A DNA stretch of 62,470 bases, the filler included, from Circinaria calcarea (taxonomy: Eukaryota): the NCBI GenBank assembly GCA_051942165.1. It is 31 parts of 31 records of this genome, joined end to end, with 100 filler letters (N's around TTAATTAATTAA, not from the genome) between each part and the next. Parts side by side here need not be neighbours in the genome. Positions count along the whole stretch, not along the records: positions 14,198 to 16,122 come from JAVECS010004081.1; positions 16,223 to 18,147 come from JAVECS010004082.1; positions 18,248 to 20,170 come from JAVECS010004083.1; positions 20,271 to 22,193 come from JAVECS010004084.1; positions 22,294 to 24,215 come from JAVECS010004085.1; positions 24,316 to 26,236 come from JAVECS010004086.1; 25 more parts are not named here. One strand, written 5' to 3'. The notes under the pieces are model-generated. The model had not been told where the DNA came from. It searched no databases and saw nothing but the letters and a program-made list of their open reading frames with translations. Shown here piece by piece: positions 14,198 to 26,336 of the stretch. A program made the translations under genes and the position numbers. Position 1 is the stretch's first letter. Every line of letters begins with the position of its first letter.

Positions 14198-16122
14198 GAT
14201 CATTCTATCACATCAATGCCAATTGGAGAGATTGGAGACGCCTTCCGAATGGTTCAGACAGGTAAACAAGTCGGAAAGGTGGTCTTAGAAGGTAATGAAA
14301 GTTATATGGTAAAAATCATTGACACAAAACAGCCCGAGATCAAGCTAGATGGCAATGCCACCTATGTTATTACTGGAGGTCTAGGCGATCTAGGTCAGAG
14401 GCTGTGTCGAATGATGGTCAGCAAAGGCGCAAGGCATGTCTTGGCTCTCTCTCGACGAGGTTGGGAGCCCGACAAACACCAAGAAATCGAAGATATGCTC
14501 CACTTAATTGCAGCTGGATCTAAATTTTATAGCAAAACATGTGACATTATCGATGCGGCACAGGTTAAGAAAGTCATCTCAAGCTTTGCTACTATGGGTC
14601 TTCCTCCAGTCAAAGGAGTCGTGCAAGCGGCTATGTCACTACAGGTAAGCTCCCTTACTTCTTTCCTATTATTCGTACTTTCGCTAATCAGAGCAGGACT
14701 GCACTCTCCAGAAGATGACGTTATATGATTTCCAGATTCCCTTACAAACGAAACTATATGGCACTCGTCATCTGAGCAAGGCATTTCAGAGTTCACCTCT
14801 TGATTTTTTTCTCGTTCTTTCATCAGCTGCTGGAATCGTCGGTACCAGTGGTCAGGCCAATTACAACGCTGGAAATAATTTTCAAGATGCCTTTGCAAAC
14901 GCCCAAGCTGACCCGAATACTCACTACATGTCACTCGATATTGGCATGGTAGAGGATGCACATGTTAATAACAAAACAAGAGAGCGAAGCCTTCGTCGAC
15001 AAGGACTTGACCCTATCAAACCTGATGAGTTGCTCGCCTTTTTGGAATATGCTATGAGTGCTGAGGCGAGTCGTGAATGTTGTAAGCAGGCTATTGTAGG
15101 ATTTGATGAACGATCTCTATCCCAAGTGAATAACCCGAACGCTGCCTCACAAACTGCAATATTCAGCCATATCTGGCGTTCAATCGATAACAAGACTTGT
15201 GCAGAGAACGTGCTGGTTTCGAAAAGTTTCCAAGAAAATGTTTCTGTTGCCGGAGATATGGAAGAAATATCTCGAATTATAACAACCGCAATAGCACAAA
15301 AGATATCTAGTCTTGTGACTTTCAATCAGCAAGAGATGAACTTGGAACGCTCAATGACTGAACTTGGTTTAGACTCTCTGATTGCTATTGAGCTGAAGAA
15401 CTGGATCACTCAGGAATTCCAAGCGGTCGTTCAAATCTCCGAAATCCTCGACCAGGAGAGCATCATTGCATTAGCAGCGATGGTGGCCTCGAGCTCCACA
15501 GTTGTTAAAGAAGCTCTTGAAAAGCTATCTAATCAGAACGATAAGCACCAATCGGAAAGCGCCGGGAAATCAAGGCTATCAGGTTTAGCAGATACCGATG
15601 CTAAATTACATAATATCAGAATACCGCAACTCCCTGTTCCTGACTTGGATAGTACTTTACAGCTGTACCTGAACTCGGTACGGGTTTTCCTCTCCAGAGA
15701 AGAGTTCGAGCAAACATCGAAGGCTATCAAAGAGTTTCAGGAGCCAGGAGGGCTTGGACAAGAACTTCAGAAACGACTAGTGACTAGGTCGAGACACAAT
15801 GATGATGGAATGTTCGATCTGTACGCTGCCATCATCTATCTCAAAAGACGGGATCCTATTCATCCTTTTCTTACTTTTTATGGGGGCCACCTCTTGGGTA
15901 ACGTCTCTCATAGTCAGGCCCAACGGGCGGCCATTTTATCTGCTGCTGCGTTCACCTTCAAGCAGCAACTAGATGCAGGCACAATGGACCAGGATTATAT
16001 GAACGAGGAACCTCTGTGTATGAGTTCTCTGCAATGGTTGTTTAATGCCAGTCGCATGCCGTGCATCGACATTGACAGAATGGGGAAATTCCCTGGAAAT
16101 GATTACCTTGTGGCTCTAAGAC
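14198..16122 (+). CDS. Highly reducing type I PKS fragment: end of ER, KR, ACP, carnitine O-acyltransferase-like domain; intron 14645-14696
   Basis: AFRMVQTGKQVGKVVL; ATYVITGGLGDLG; GQANYNAGN; LGLDSLIAIELKNWI; PQLPVPDLDSTLQLYLNSV...GLGQELQKRL and PLCMSSLQWLFNASRMP (choline/carnitine acyltransferase N-terminal motifs). Confidence 0.92.
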
Positions 16123-17589
16123 NNNNNNNNNNNNNNNNNNNNNNNNNNNNNNNNNNNNNNNNNNNNTTAATTAATTAANNNNNNNNNNNNNNNNNNNNNN
16201 NNNNNNNNNNNNNNNNNNNNNNCCATATATTCCGTGGACAAAACTCTCAGACTTCTTTCAAAAAAGGTTTACATAATATCGGATCGGAATAACCATTTTA
16301 CGCGGAGCTAGTACGAAAGAAGTCTGAGGCCTCCGGAGCTTGCGGAGGTGGCACTGAGCCAAGTTCAGAAGGCTATCCGAGCATTATGAGGTAATCATGA
16401 CGCGCGAAGCTTCTAATCGGGGTTGCTAATTGAAGGATTTTGGACTGTCTTATTATTACAACCTGATTGTGATGATGCGTAAGTTAGTGCGATAGGAGCT
16501 ATCATTTTTGAGCCTTTCTCTTCTACGAAACTAGAAGCCTGCTAAACTCTCAGCCTGCTAAACTCTCTTGCCCACCTCTCTAGATCCGATCTGAGCGTCA
16601 CCCAGACATGTCCCTTACGCGACCGTGTTCCGAAAGCGGTACCGGTTCTGCTGTTATCTACTTAACCTTCAAGTCGACATGGCACCTCTGCTGGCATTAA
16701 TGATGGAGATGCATAAAGGATGATCGACTAGGTTACGGACTCGGTCATGGATTCATTATAGTCTCCAGCGGAATGATCCCGGTATAGGGTAGGCGTTGTA
16801 AATTTCCTCGTCAACGCTCGCCGAATGTACGGAGCCAGGGCTATTCTATAATAGCAAAGCCCGGCCCAGGCCGTATTCGACTTATGCGGCGCGAGCTTTC
16901 TCGAAGAGATACCGAAAAGCGGTGGTAGCACGGTTCAGAGGGTTAAATCATGACTACAAGCTGTACGTTCTTAGGCTGGGCAAAAGTATGCATCCCCTTA
17001 TTGGTTTGAATTGAAATACGGTGCATTCCTAATAGCTAACTACCATGACTGTAGTCATAGCACCCAATGGGGCTTAGCGTAATAGTGGCAGAGTATATCT
17101 CTACCAGTAGAGCGTAGTTAATTAGATAACCTTCAATGTAATAATGGTTCCACCAATAGGTCGTGTAGCAGCACTCACCGTACTACTTTCAACTGTTTGT
17201 ATCATTTTGCTTACACAAGCCCTATAGGGCATTGCTTCTTCCTAGGCTTCGCCTTCTATGAGCAGCGTTCTGGTAACATACAGCTTAACTCCGTCCAAGT
17301 TATATTGGGCGATTACCGGGATTAGACTGATATTGGCATTATTAAATGCGGCCCCGATAGTCTTATGATTGGCCTTGCTGGTATTAATGACCACAATTGA
17401 GAACTTCTTGCTGTTCCTACCAATGTCCTATATTTGTATCAGAACTTTGGCCATCCGGTTTCCGCAAAGTGCCAACTATGGTGCAACCTAAGTACGATGC
17501 AAACCATGACCGGGCCCTTTGCCCTCGATGCCTTGTAAGTGCGTTATATAAGCCAGTGTACGCAAAATCAAGGCTTCCAATACACAAGG

Positions 17590-17831
17590 GGGCGGCATAA
17601 GTCATAGGGCTTCCGAGGTTTAACCGAATAGTTTCCCCAAATCTAGCATACATTTAATTAATCACCATAATAATGAGTGTATTCCTTTACCACCTTTAGT
17701 AACCAGTTGTTTATATTTGGAAGGCACTTCTGCTGTAGGTTGCACGTGTTTCTTCCATAGTAATACGGTTCCATTCCTCCAGAAGAGTACTGTTCGGTAA
17801 AACCTCGGAAGCCCCATGACTTATGCCGCCC
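17590..17831. repeat. 43-bp inverted repeat pair (17590-17632 / 17789-17831), MITE-like, in a degraded repeat-rich contig
   Basis: GGGCGGCATAAGTCATAGGGCTTCCGAGGTTTAACCGAATAGT versus its reverse complement, 3 mismatches. Confidence 0.8.
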
Positions 17832-18734
17832 TGTGACAGTGCAGCGTAGGGGTCTTGTACTGTACTGGCAGTACGCACTGATAGTGTAGCTAATCTCGCT
17901 AAACAGGGGTAAATTGCCTCGGTCATCGGACATTAAAGCTCCCGGCTTAAAAGGGGGCGGGGTACTGGCTGGCAGCCTTATAAGGCTGTGTGTAGGGCTG
18001 CACTATCAGTTGGGGGATTTAGCAGAATTTTGTAAGAGGTATGTTATGTACGGGAGCCCGGCGGCGAGACCTTAAGCCTAATATAGTAAGGCCCAGGTGG
18101 CAGGCCTACCATGCTGGCACAGAATCTGCGCCCTGGTATTGGTCAGANNNNNNNNNNNNNNNNNNNNNNNNNNNNNNNNNNNNNNNNNNNNTTAATTAAT
18201 TAANNNNNNNNNNNNNNNNNNNNNNNNNNNNNNNNNNNNNNNNNNNNGGGGAGGGCCCGGATGGTGAATGAAGGGGTGGAAGAGATGGGTATAATAAATG
18301 AAGGGGTGGAAGAGATGGGTATAGATTAGTAGAGCAGAGGCTAGAAGTTGGGAAATCCGAGTTACAGTCTTTACATAAGCTTGGGCGATTGGGCGATGGG
18401 GGGTACGTTGGCGTGGGACGAGGAGGGAATAGGGCGGCGAGGGAGGTTTCTGAGGGGTGAGGAGTGAAACGGTGAAAATAACGAGAGGCGGTTTAGGGTG
18501 GGATAGAGTGTATGCGGGTGTGAGTTCTTTAGAACGGTTATGGAATTTGTACAAGGTTCTTTTTTGGTTCTTGGGGGGAGGATAAGCGCAAGTTTGGATA
18601 GATTGAAAGGACCGGTTTCTTCTAGAGCATGATAAAGAAAACACTTCTAAATCCGCAGGCTGGGCGTACGGCTTTGACCCGGCCCACAAGCAGGCAAGTC
18701 TATTTCCTCACATTCCAAAGACCACATTAATCAA

Positions 18735-19178
18735 TCACGCTGACAAATTCGTCGTCGGACCATCACCGTGATGATCGCTAATCACAGTCTCGGTTGCATG
18801 CCCAACCGGGGTACTGTGCCCCGACCCCCCCTTCTCCAAATCCCCCTGGCTTCCTTTCTTGTTCTTCTTCATGAACAGATTCTTCAGCCCCGCCAATTTT
18901 CCCGGTCCCTTGGGCTCCGGGTACTGACCCATGTGCTGGTGCTGTCGTTTCTTGTAGACGACCCAGCCGACGTAGGGGATCAGGATCGCGAGGACGACGG
19001 AGCTGACGGCTATTCCGGCGATTTGCCCGTTGGTGAGGCCGGCGTCGATGGGAACGAACCTGTAGGGCATGACGGGGTTGTAGGGGACTGTGGGGACTGA
19101 GGTGTAGCGGACTGTGCCCTCAGGACCTGTGACGGTGACGTACTCCCGCTTGGAAAGGAGGTTGGAGGAGATGGACAT
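18735..19178 (-). CDS. Small single-pass membrane protein, hypothetical
   Basis: GLTNGQIAGIAVSSVVLAILIPYVGWVVY followed by basic KKR, a typical fungal type I transmembrane anchor. Confidence 0.6.
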   Translation of the reverse strand: MSISSNLLSKREYVTVTGPEGTVRYTSVPTVPYNPVMPYRFVPIDAGLTNGQIAGIAVSSVVLAILIPYVGWVVYKKRQHQHMGQYPEPKGPGKLAGLKNLFMKKNKKGSQGDLEKGGSGHSTPVGHATETVISDHHGDGPTTNLSA

Positions 19179-19659
19179 AGTGATGACTTTGCTAGAGGAG
19201 ATAGGGATTAGTACATACCGGCGGATGGGTGTGAAGACAGTGTCCGTACCTCTTGACTTTTGGACGCGTCTGTGGGTTTGATGTTGTAACCCTTAGGTAG
19301 GTATAAGCCCTGTATGTCTGCGTGGCTGCTGGAGATTGAATTTTGTTGAGAGTTACTAGGAGTGGTGGAAATAGGTGGGATAGAGGGGCGGAGGTACTGG
19401 TATATATAATAGATATGGTACAGTTCACGGAGCTTGAGGAGTCATCGGATGCTTGGAGACTCATGTTGTAGTTACCAAGGGGTGATGAATGTCTCGATGA
19501 AACCGGAAACTCATCTTGTTTCGGTTGATTAGAAGGACGTGAATGATTTGTGCTAAAATGGCCATTCAATCGACTTCATCCTGGAGCGCTCGAGTTTCTC
19601 CTAAATGGCATCGATCTCAATGCTCCGGTCAACATCTTGATAATCTTTGAAATCTTGTC

Positions 19660-20170
19660 TCATATATTCACATCCTTAACATCGAGTGTCTCGATTCGCC
19701 GGCTATTACCACAGAGCATGTACTCTGCTGCAAGTCCGATTGATATTCCGCCCCCAGTAAGCCATGCACCATTCCGGAACCACCACCAACAATTGCCCAC
19801 ATTTTTAAGATTGACCTTCCAGATCATCAGGCCTAAAGTTGCAGCTGCAGAGCCGCAGCTACCTACAAGGAATACTGGTCCGGCGCCGAGGGTCAGACCA
19901 GCAGCTGCTAGGAGGCTTATTTGGCTTATGGCTAATCCTGATAGTACTGCCTTTGTCTCCTTCTCGTGTCGCAAGGCAATACTTTTTATACCCGCTTTCA
20001 CGTCGTCCCTGATGTCCATATGGGCATAGATCATATCATAAAGTACTGTCCATGAAACGCAACTTGCGTAAAGCAGGGCGGCCCCCTTTGCAGCAGTCGG
20101 ATCGGTTAAGAGATCCAGGCCCAAGGCAGGGAAGCCCATAATTGCTCCCCAAGAAAAAGTCAACCCTAGT
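19660..20170 (-). CDS. COQ2: 4-hydroxybenzoate polyprenyltransferase (UbiA family), C-terminal part
   Basis: LGLTFSWGAIMG; WTVLYDMIYAHMDIRDDVKAGIKSIAL (UbiA Asp-rich motif). Confidence 0.92.
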
Positions 20171-20292
20171 NNNNNNNNNNNNNNNNNNNNNNNNNNNNNN
20201 NNNNNNNNNNNNNNTTAATTAATTAANNNNNNNNNNNNNNNNNNNNNNNNNNNNNNNNNNNNNNNNNNNNAAAATCGCATCAGACATCTGAA

Positions 20293-21119
20293 ATGGCCGG
20301 TGGAAAGGGAAAATCAACAGGCGGCAAGGCAGGACCGAAAGAGGCAGCCGGCAAGACACAAAAGTCGCATAGTGCAAAGGCTGGTCTTCAGGTCAGTTCC
20401 AGATTGTTATGACACCCGAAATCTATCCCGGAGAGGGGCATTTTGGCCGTGAAGGAAGTGAATCAGCTGGGCGCGTCATCGCAAAATCCAAAAGCCTTTG
20501 ATGGAATATGGGTATAGAAATATTCTAGCACAACAGTGGACAGCTATTTACAACCATCGACAGTTGTATCCACTATCACAGCGCGCTCTGCATGCTTTAC
20601 GACTCGGCCTTGGCGCGTATCAACAATTCTCCAGCTGATTGCCACGTACTTGCCTAATCACAAGTCGTTCTGTTAATGCTGACTCGTGTGTTCTCTCAAC
20701 AGTTTCCTTGTGGACGTGTCAAGCGTTTCCTAAAAAACAACACTCAAAACAAGATGCGCGTCGGTGCCAAGGGTATGCCGTTTCCCTCCTTACCCTTTCA
20801 CCATCACCCTTCTCCCTCATTCCCTTTCCCCTTTCCCTTTAAGTTCGTTAGCTAACCTTCTTCTCTCAAAGCTGCCGTCTACGTTACTGCCGTCCTCGAA
20901 TACCTGACCGCTGAAGTCCTCGAGCTCGCTGGTAACGCCGCCAAAGATCTCAAGGTCAAGCGTATCACTCCTCGTCACCTACAGCTTGCCATTCGGGGTG
21001 ACGAGGAACTCGACACGTTGATCCGCGCGACGATTGCCTTTGGAGGGGTTCTGCCACATATCAATCGCGCCTTGCTGCTCAAGGTTGAGCAGAAGAAGAA
21101 GGGAAAGGGGGAGGTCTGA
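20293..21119 (+). CDS. HTZ1: Histone H2A.Z, complete; exons 20293-20391, 20703-20772, 20872-21119 (absent from ORF track)
   Basis: [14 protein letters not shown]...[101 protein letters not shown]. Confidence 0.97.
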
Positions 21120-22293
21120 GAGGGTAGAATGGAATGTTGGCTGAGGGGGTTATGGATGCTGAAGGCGTTTTTACGATGGCTATTCTCTCTCTAAAACGGG
21201 GGTGGAGAGGGGATAAAAATCTGCGAGAGATATGGTAAGCTTGCAGGAGCGCTCAGGGAAGGGGGTCCAGGAATCTCGCTTATCCCAAATCGGCTTATGC
21301 TCCCAACCTCTTTGCTATGAGTAGCTTCTCTGCAGCTGCTTCCTGCAAATGACTCTTGCCTTGGGGCTCTCAAACATTTTGCTGTAAACACGCTTCTCGT
21401 TCCCATTCCCGTGCGATTTCTCTCACTTTTCAGACACCTTTTGAACCTTTTTCAAGCCAGCAGTTCTGGTCCATGGAGCAAAGAGGAATTGAAAACCCGG
21501 AAAATAACAAATGACTCAAACGCTCCCAGTAGTGTAAACAGTGCAGTGGACACTGCCAAGACTTTCATATAATATAGCTTAGTGACTGCGTAAATGCGCC
21601 CCCCCCCCTTATACTAACTCGTTGGTGAGTACAAAAAAAATCAAGTTTGGGGGATTAAAATCACCGGATCAATAACATCAACGAAAAGAAATTTTCGATG
21701 TGATGTTCTCTTAAAAGAATTTCTTTTTCACGATGTATATATTTACCAAATAGAGCCTCTATAGTTTTCCCAGGGTTTCTTAATCTATGGTAATTCTTTT
21801 TGAAAAAAACCTCTTTACTTCCTAAATCCACAAGATCTCGACGTTTTTGAAAAATTATATATTCGTATGCTAGACTGGACTGATGGTGTGCTGGAAATTT
21901 TTAAATGTTGGTATTATGATTTTAGTGGTGTGGTGCACACTACCGGGGAGTGTTGGAGATTATCATAAGGTATTTTTCCTCATCTTTTACCCCCTTCGCC
22001 TCCCCCTTCCTTTTTGGGCCATTTCTATTTTCTATTTCTCCAAAACCAAGTAAAGTAAACAATAAATAGGAAATCAAAGTAAAGGGAAGCCCCAACTTTT
22101 CCCCATCTATCACTCCCCCTAAGATCCCAAGCATTAACTTTCTTTCCTTTTTTTGGAGGGGGAGAGAGAGACTTGTACGCTCCCCCTTCCTCCNNNNNNN
22201 NNNNNNNNNNNNNNNNNNNNNNNNNNNNNNNNNNNNNTTAATTAATTAANNNNNNNNNNNNNNNNNNNNNNNNNNNNNNNNNNNNNNNNNNNN

Positions 22294-22434
22294 CATGCTT
22301 ATAAACCGTGTTCAATAGACTCCATACTATTGAGCCTAGGGCAACAGTTCAACTACACCCTATGTAACCGTGCTATTACCAATCGAGACTTAATATATTC
22401 CTCATTAGGCCTCAAGGATTGCAGCGCCCTTACA
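22294..22434 (-). mobile_element. LTR family B, partial (5' part, cut by contig edge)
   Basis: Reverse complement of about 23095-23236; minus strand begins TGTAAGGGCGCTGCAATCC. Confidence 0.85.
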
Positions 22435-24076
22435 GGTATATACGGCGAATTATATAATAATTAATTAATATTTTTAATAATATAAAAGCTTTAATTAACT
22501 GTTTTTTAATAATTTTATTAAAAATAAAACTTAATTTATATAAAAATACGTCGGTTTTCTCGAATCCAAAAATAATATTTTTTTAATAAAATACGCGCTG
22601 TTAAGTAGGTTAAAAAATATTTTAAAAAATATATTTAAATTATTAGATAATAACCGGTTTAAATTTTATATATAATAATTCGTTAACGGAACAAAAAGAG
22701 AAATATTAAGAAATTATAAATAATATATAAAATACGGCGGTAAAATAAATAATAAAATATAAAAAGAATTATATATATTAATAAATTTTATATTTATATA
22801 ATTAGAATAATTATTTATTAATAATAAATATTTTCTATTATTTATTTTTAACGCCGTATAATATTGGAATACCGTTTCTAATTATTTTAGACTAATTTTA
22901 TTAAAATTCTAGCCTTTCGATAATACGACGAAATATATTTTTTAATCCGGTATTTAATTTTTTATTTAAATATTCTAAAATATACCGGAATCGCTCTGAT
23001 ATATTAAAGCTAGTGATAATGCGATTCCGGTAGCGCTGATATTAATTAATAGGGTAATGAATTTTTTATTATTATCTTAATTTATATACGTAATTGTAAG
23101 GGCGCTGCAATCCTTGAGGCCTAATAAGGAATATGTTAAGTCTCGATTGGTGATAGCACGGTTACATAGGGTGTAGTTGAACTGTTGCCCTAGGCTCAAT
23201 AATATGGAGTCTATTGAACACGGTCTATAAGCATGCTATTCTAAAGAGCGGGAATAGCCTGCTATATATAATGGTTGAGCATTACGAGCACCCCGAGCAC
23301 TCCCGTGCTCCCAGTGCTCCCACTGCTCACCCCCGGAGCGTACTGAGCATGGTGAGCATGCCCGTGCTCCCAATGCTCCCAGTGCTCCCACGCATCCTAA
23401 TCCGTCCTAGCGCTATTAGGTGCCTAGTATAGCGTAGCGCCATAACAGTAATCCGGCCAGAAACGAGAGCTTTTAGTATTATAATATACTATATAATATT
23501 TATTATATTAATTAAAAAGCCTTTTTTATTTTAATTATATATATTATCGGCCGTAATATAATATTTCTCGTAAATATTAAATAATTAAGAAAAAATTAAT
23601 ATTTTAATTATTATATAATTAATTGAGATGTATTAAATTATAGAATTATTTAAATATAAACGCATATTTAGATTATATATGCACTTTATTAATATTACGT
23701 AAATATAAATTTATAAGTCTTTTTTTATATCTTTATATAAAACGTTTTATTTAATTCTTTTTAATAAGGCCGCTTAGTACTTCTTCTGTAAAATTCCGTA
23801 TAATTTTATTAATTAAAAGTATTTCTCGGTCGGTTAGGTAATTAATTTAGCTTATTAATATCTTTTTTTAATTATTAATAAATTGTTGAATGTATTCGGA
23901 GGCGGCGTCTTGGCGAGATATAATTTAACTCTTTCAGTGTTTTCTTAAAATACTTTCGACCAGGCCGAATTTTCTAGCAATAACTCGTATATTCAAATGT
24001 ATTTAAGCGTTTAGATCTGTAAAAGCTGAATTAATTGAGGCCATATTGGTGGAGTAATAATTTTTTAAAATAGGGG
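22435..24076 (-). mobile_element. RIP-inactivated pogo/Fot1-like (Tc1/mariner superfamily) DDE transposase, ATG near 24044, interrupted by a solo LTR
   Basis: Minus translation ITADNIYN*NKKGFLI (RIP form of NIYNWDEKGFLIG), FITLL.NISATGIAL..ALIYQSDSG, LLLINNYSNY (VDGHSSH), ILPPY (LPPH), GFEKT; extreme AT/TpA enrichment. Confidence 0.8.
23095..23447 (+). mobile_element. Solo LTR, family B (353 bp), with 5-bp TSD GTAAT
   Basis: TGTAAGG...GCGCCATAACA termini; GTAAT at 23090-23094 and 23448-23452; TATATATA at 23263. Confidence 0.92.
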
Positions 24077-24143
24077 TGTTACGTCCCTAAGCTTCTTAGG
24101 CAAAGGCAATGCTAGTCACTGGTATAAGGCAGGGGACGTAACA
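24077..24143. mobile_element. 67-bp LTR-A-derived fragment with 11-bp terminal inverted repeats
   Basis: First 59 bp of LTR A followed by the inverted LTR-A terminus: TGTTACGTCCC...GGGACGTAACA. Confidence 0.75.
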
Positions 24144-24675
24144 CGTTGACCACCCGACCCTACGAGGCACCGACTCGGTCGAGAGATATGGCACCGAATC
24201 CAGTAACCAGCCCCANNNNNNNNNNNNNNNNNNNNNNNNNNNNNNNNNNNNNNNNNNNNTTAATTAATTAANNNNNNNNNNNNNNNNNNNNNNNNNNNNN
24301 NNNNNNNNNNNNNNNTTCTCCACGCCATCGCATTCCCATACTATACACGTCTTTCTCTATCACAATCTCAAAAGCTCTATCGAATACTGGGTATCACGCT
24401 CTCCGCCTCTAAATGCTAGGATGGTCCCGCAAAACGACCCGCGGGACCATGGACCAATCACCGGAAACCAGACCCAGACCCGCCAGTAAGAATGTACCAT
24501 AACGTGATGTTAACGTTTGCCCTTTCCTACCAGGCAATATCGAGTTTCGACGGGCCCATCATATCCCCGGATGTATATCCCCACCGCTCCTTCTATTCTC
24601 GCCCAATGAAAAGCCACCTGTATGCATCACTTCTAAATCTATCCCCTTCTATCCCCCTTCCCCAATCTCAACTCT

Positions 24676-26236
24676 CTACTGCCCATCTCTGCCCGCGACT
24701 GCCACACACCAAGGATGGTCCCTGACCTGGCTAATCGTCAACCGCTTCTCCACATCCCTCACCAGCATTGCCCGGATTAAATCAATGCTGCCTTCGCTCA
24801 TCACCCATGGCACGCGTAGTTCGTGGTCCAGGATCTCATCGACGCTGTAAAAGGGATTCTCTTTGTAGACGAGGGTGTAGAGGAGAATGCCGAGCGCCCA
24901 GACGTCCTGCTCTTTACCGCGGTAGGGCTTGCCAAGGAGAACTTCGGGGGCGGCGTAATCTAGGGAAGAAGGATTTAGAGTGGAAGAGAGTTGGCTAATG
25001 AGGCCAAAAAGAGAGGAAAGGGAAGGGAAAAGCTGGGGGAGCGCCACAGAAGATTTTGAGAGGAAGGAAACTTACCAATAGTACCGACGAAAACGTCAAA
25101 GGGCCCGCTTTTAATGTAAGCGGCGCTACCGAAATCGATGAGCTTGACCTTGTTGTCACCGTCTAGGACGATGTTCTCGTCCTTGATGTCGCGATGGACA
25201 ACCAGCGCTTTGGTGTGCAGGTGATGGAGAGCACTGACGACTTGTAAAAATATATTCTTACACTCGGCTTCTTCCATTGTTGAGCGCATCTCGATGTAGT
25301 CGAAAAGATCCATGCCTGGAAGCCCATGGGGAACCATTTCGATGTAGTAATTGACGTCGTCTTCAAAGAAGTCGGTCATCTCGACGATGTTAGGGTGCTT
25401 GAGGCCGTCCTTGCGAAGGTAGTCGAGGACGTGTATCTCAAGAGGAACGGTTCCTAGCCGTCGGTCCTTCAGCAGAGATGTGTCAGCTATATCTTCATAT
25501 CAAGAACGCGATCTATTCTTACACGATACCAGGTGTCCACGAGGATCCGCTTCTTGGTTACGTATTTGATAACGGCCTTTTTCGAGGGATTTTTCTTGAA
25601 GCGTGCAAGCTTCACCTGACCATATGCGCCTTGGCCCATCTCCTCCAGAATGGCGAAATCGGATATGGCTTTTTTCTTCGTGGGCGGGGGCTCCTTGATA
25701 ACCGCCAGAACAGACTTCGGTTTCGTTGTCGGCTCCTGAAACGGCTCTCCCACCGGCTTCTCGGAAATCGGTTGCGAAGTTGCCTCCTGTATCTGCTGGG
25801 TGAGGAGAGACATTGGCGTTATGGGAGCTTTTGCGTCGTCGGAATCTACGTCTTGTGGTTTGATGTTATTGTATTGACCTGGCGATGGTTGACGAGGTGG
25901 GGTGCCAGGTCTAGATATCAGTGGCGAAGCGGAACCACCAGGACGGATAACTGAGTGAAGATGACGAGAGTATGTAATCCACAAGGCATAAACAACTTCA
26001 GAGGTACTTGGCTGCCCATTGAGTTCGTTTATGTCTTCACTCGACTCTTCGATTACGGTTTCGTCTGAGAGAGTGCTTTCACTTTTGACTACCCTCATCT
26101 GCACGTCCACATTAATGTCCGAGCCATCACGATGCTTTGCGACTAATCCTGTGGGCCGTAGAAAAATCGCCGCGGCATCTGCAGCGTCACCATCACGTAG
26201 TGCAAGTAACGCTCGAGCTCTTCGGAAGCTATGCTC
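24676..26236 (-). CDS. PAS-kinase-like (PSK1/PSK2, PASK family) Ser/Thr kinase, C-terminal part; introns 25467-25522 and 24960-25075
   Basis: DFAILEEMGQGAYGQVKL, KKRILVDTWYR|DRRLGTVPLEIHVL, GMDLFDYIE, HRDIKDEN, DFGSAAYIKSGPFDVFVGTID|YAAPEVL. Confidence 0.92.
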
Positions 26237-26336
26237 NNNNNNNNNNNNNNNNNNNNNNNNNNNNNNNNNNNNNNNNNNNNTTAATTAATTAANNNNNNNN
26301 NNNNNNNNNNNNNNNNNNNNNNNNNNNNNNNNNNNN

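Noticed and set aside
16950..17540. Stop-riddled coding-like sequence (also 28357-29420 and 52990-53940)
   Set aside because: Probably degraded pseudogenes or transposon remnants, but no motif could be assigned.
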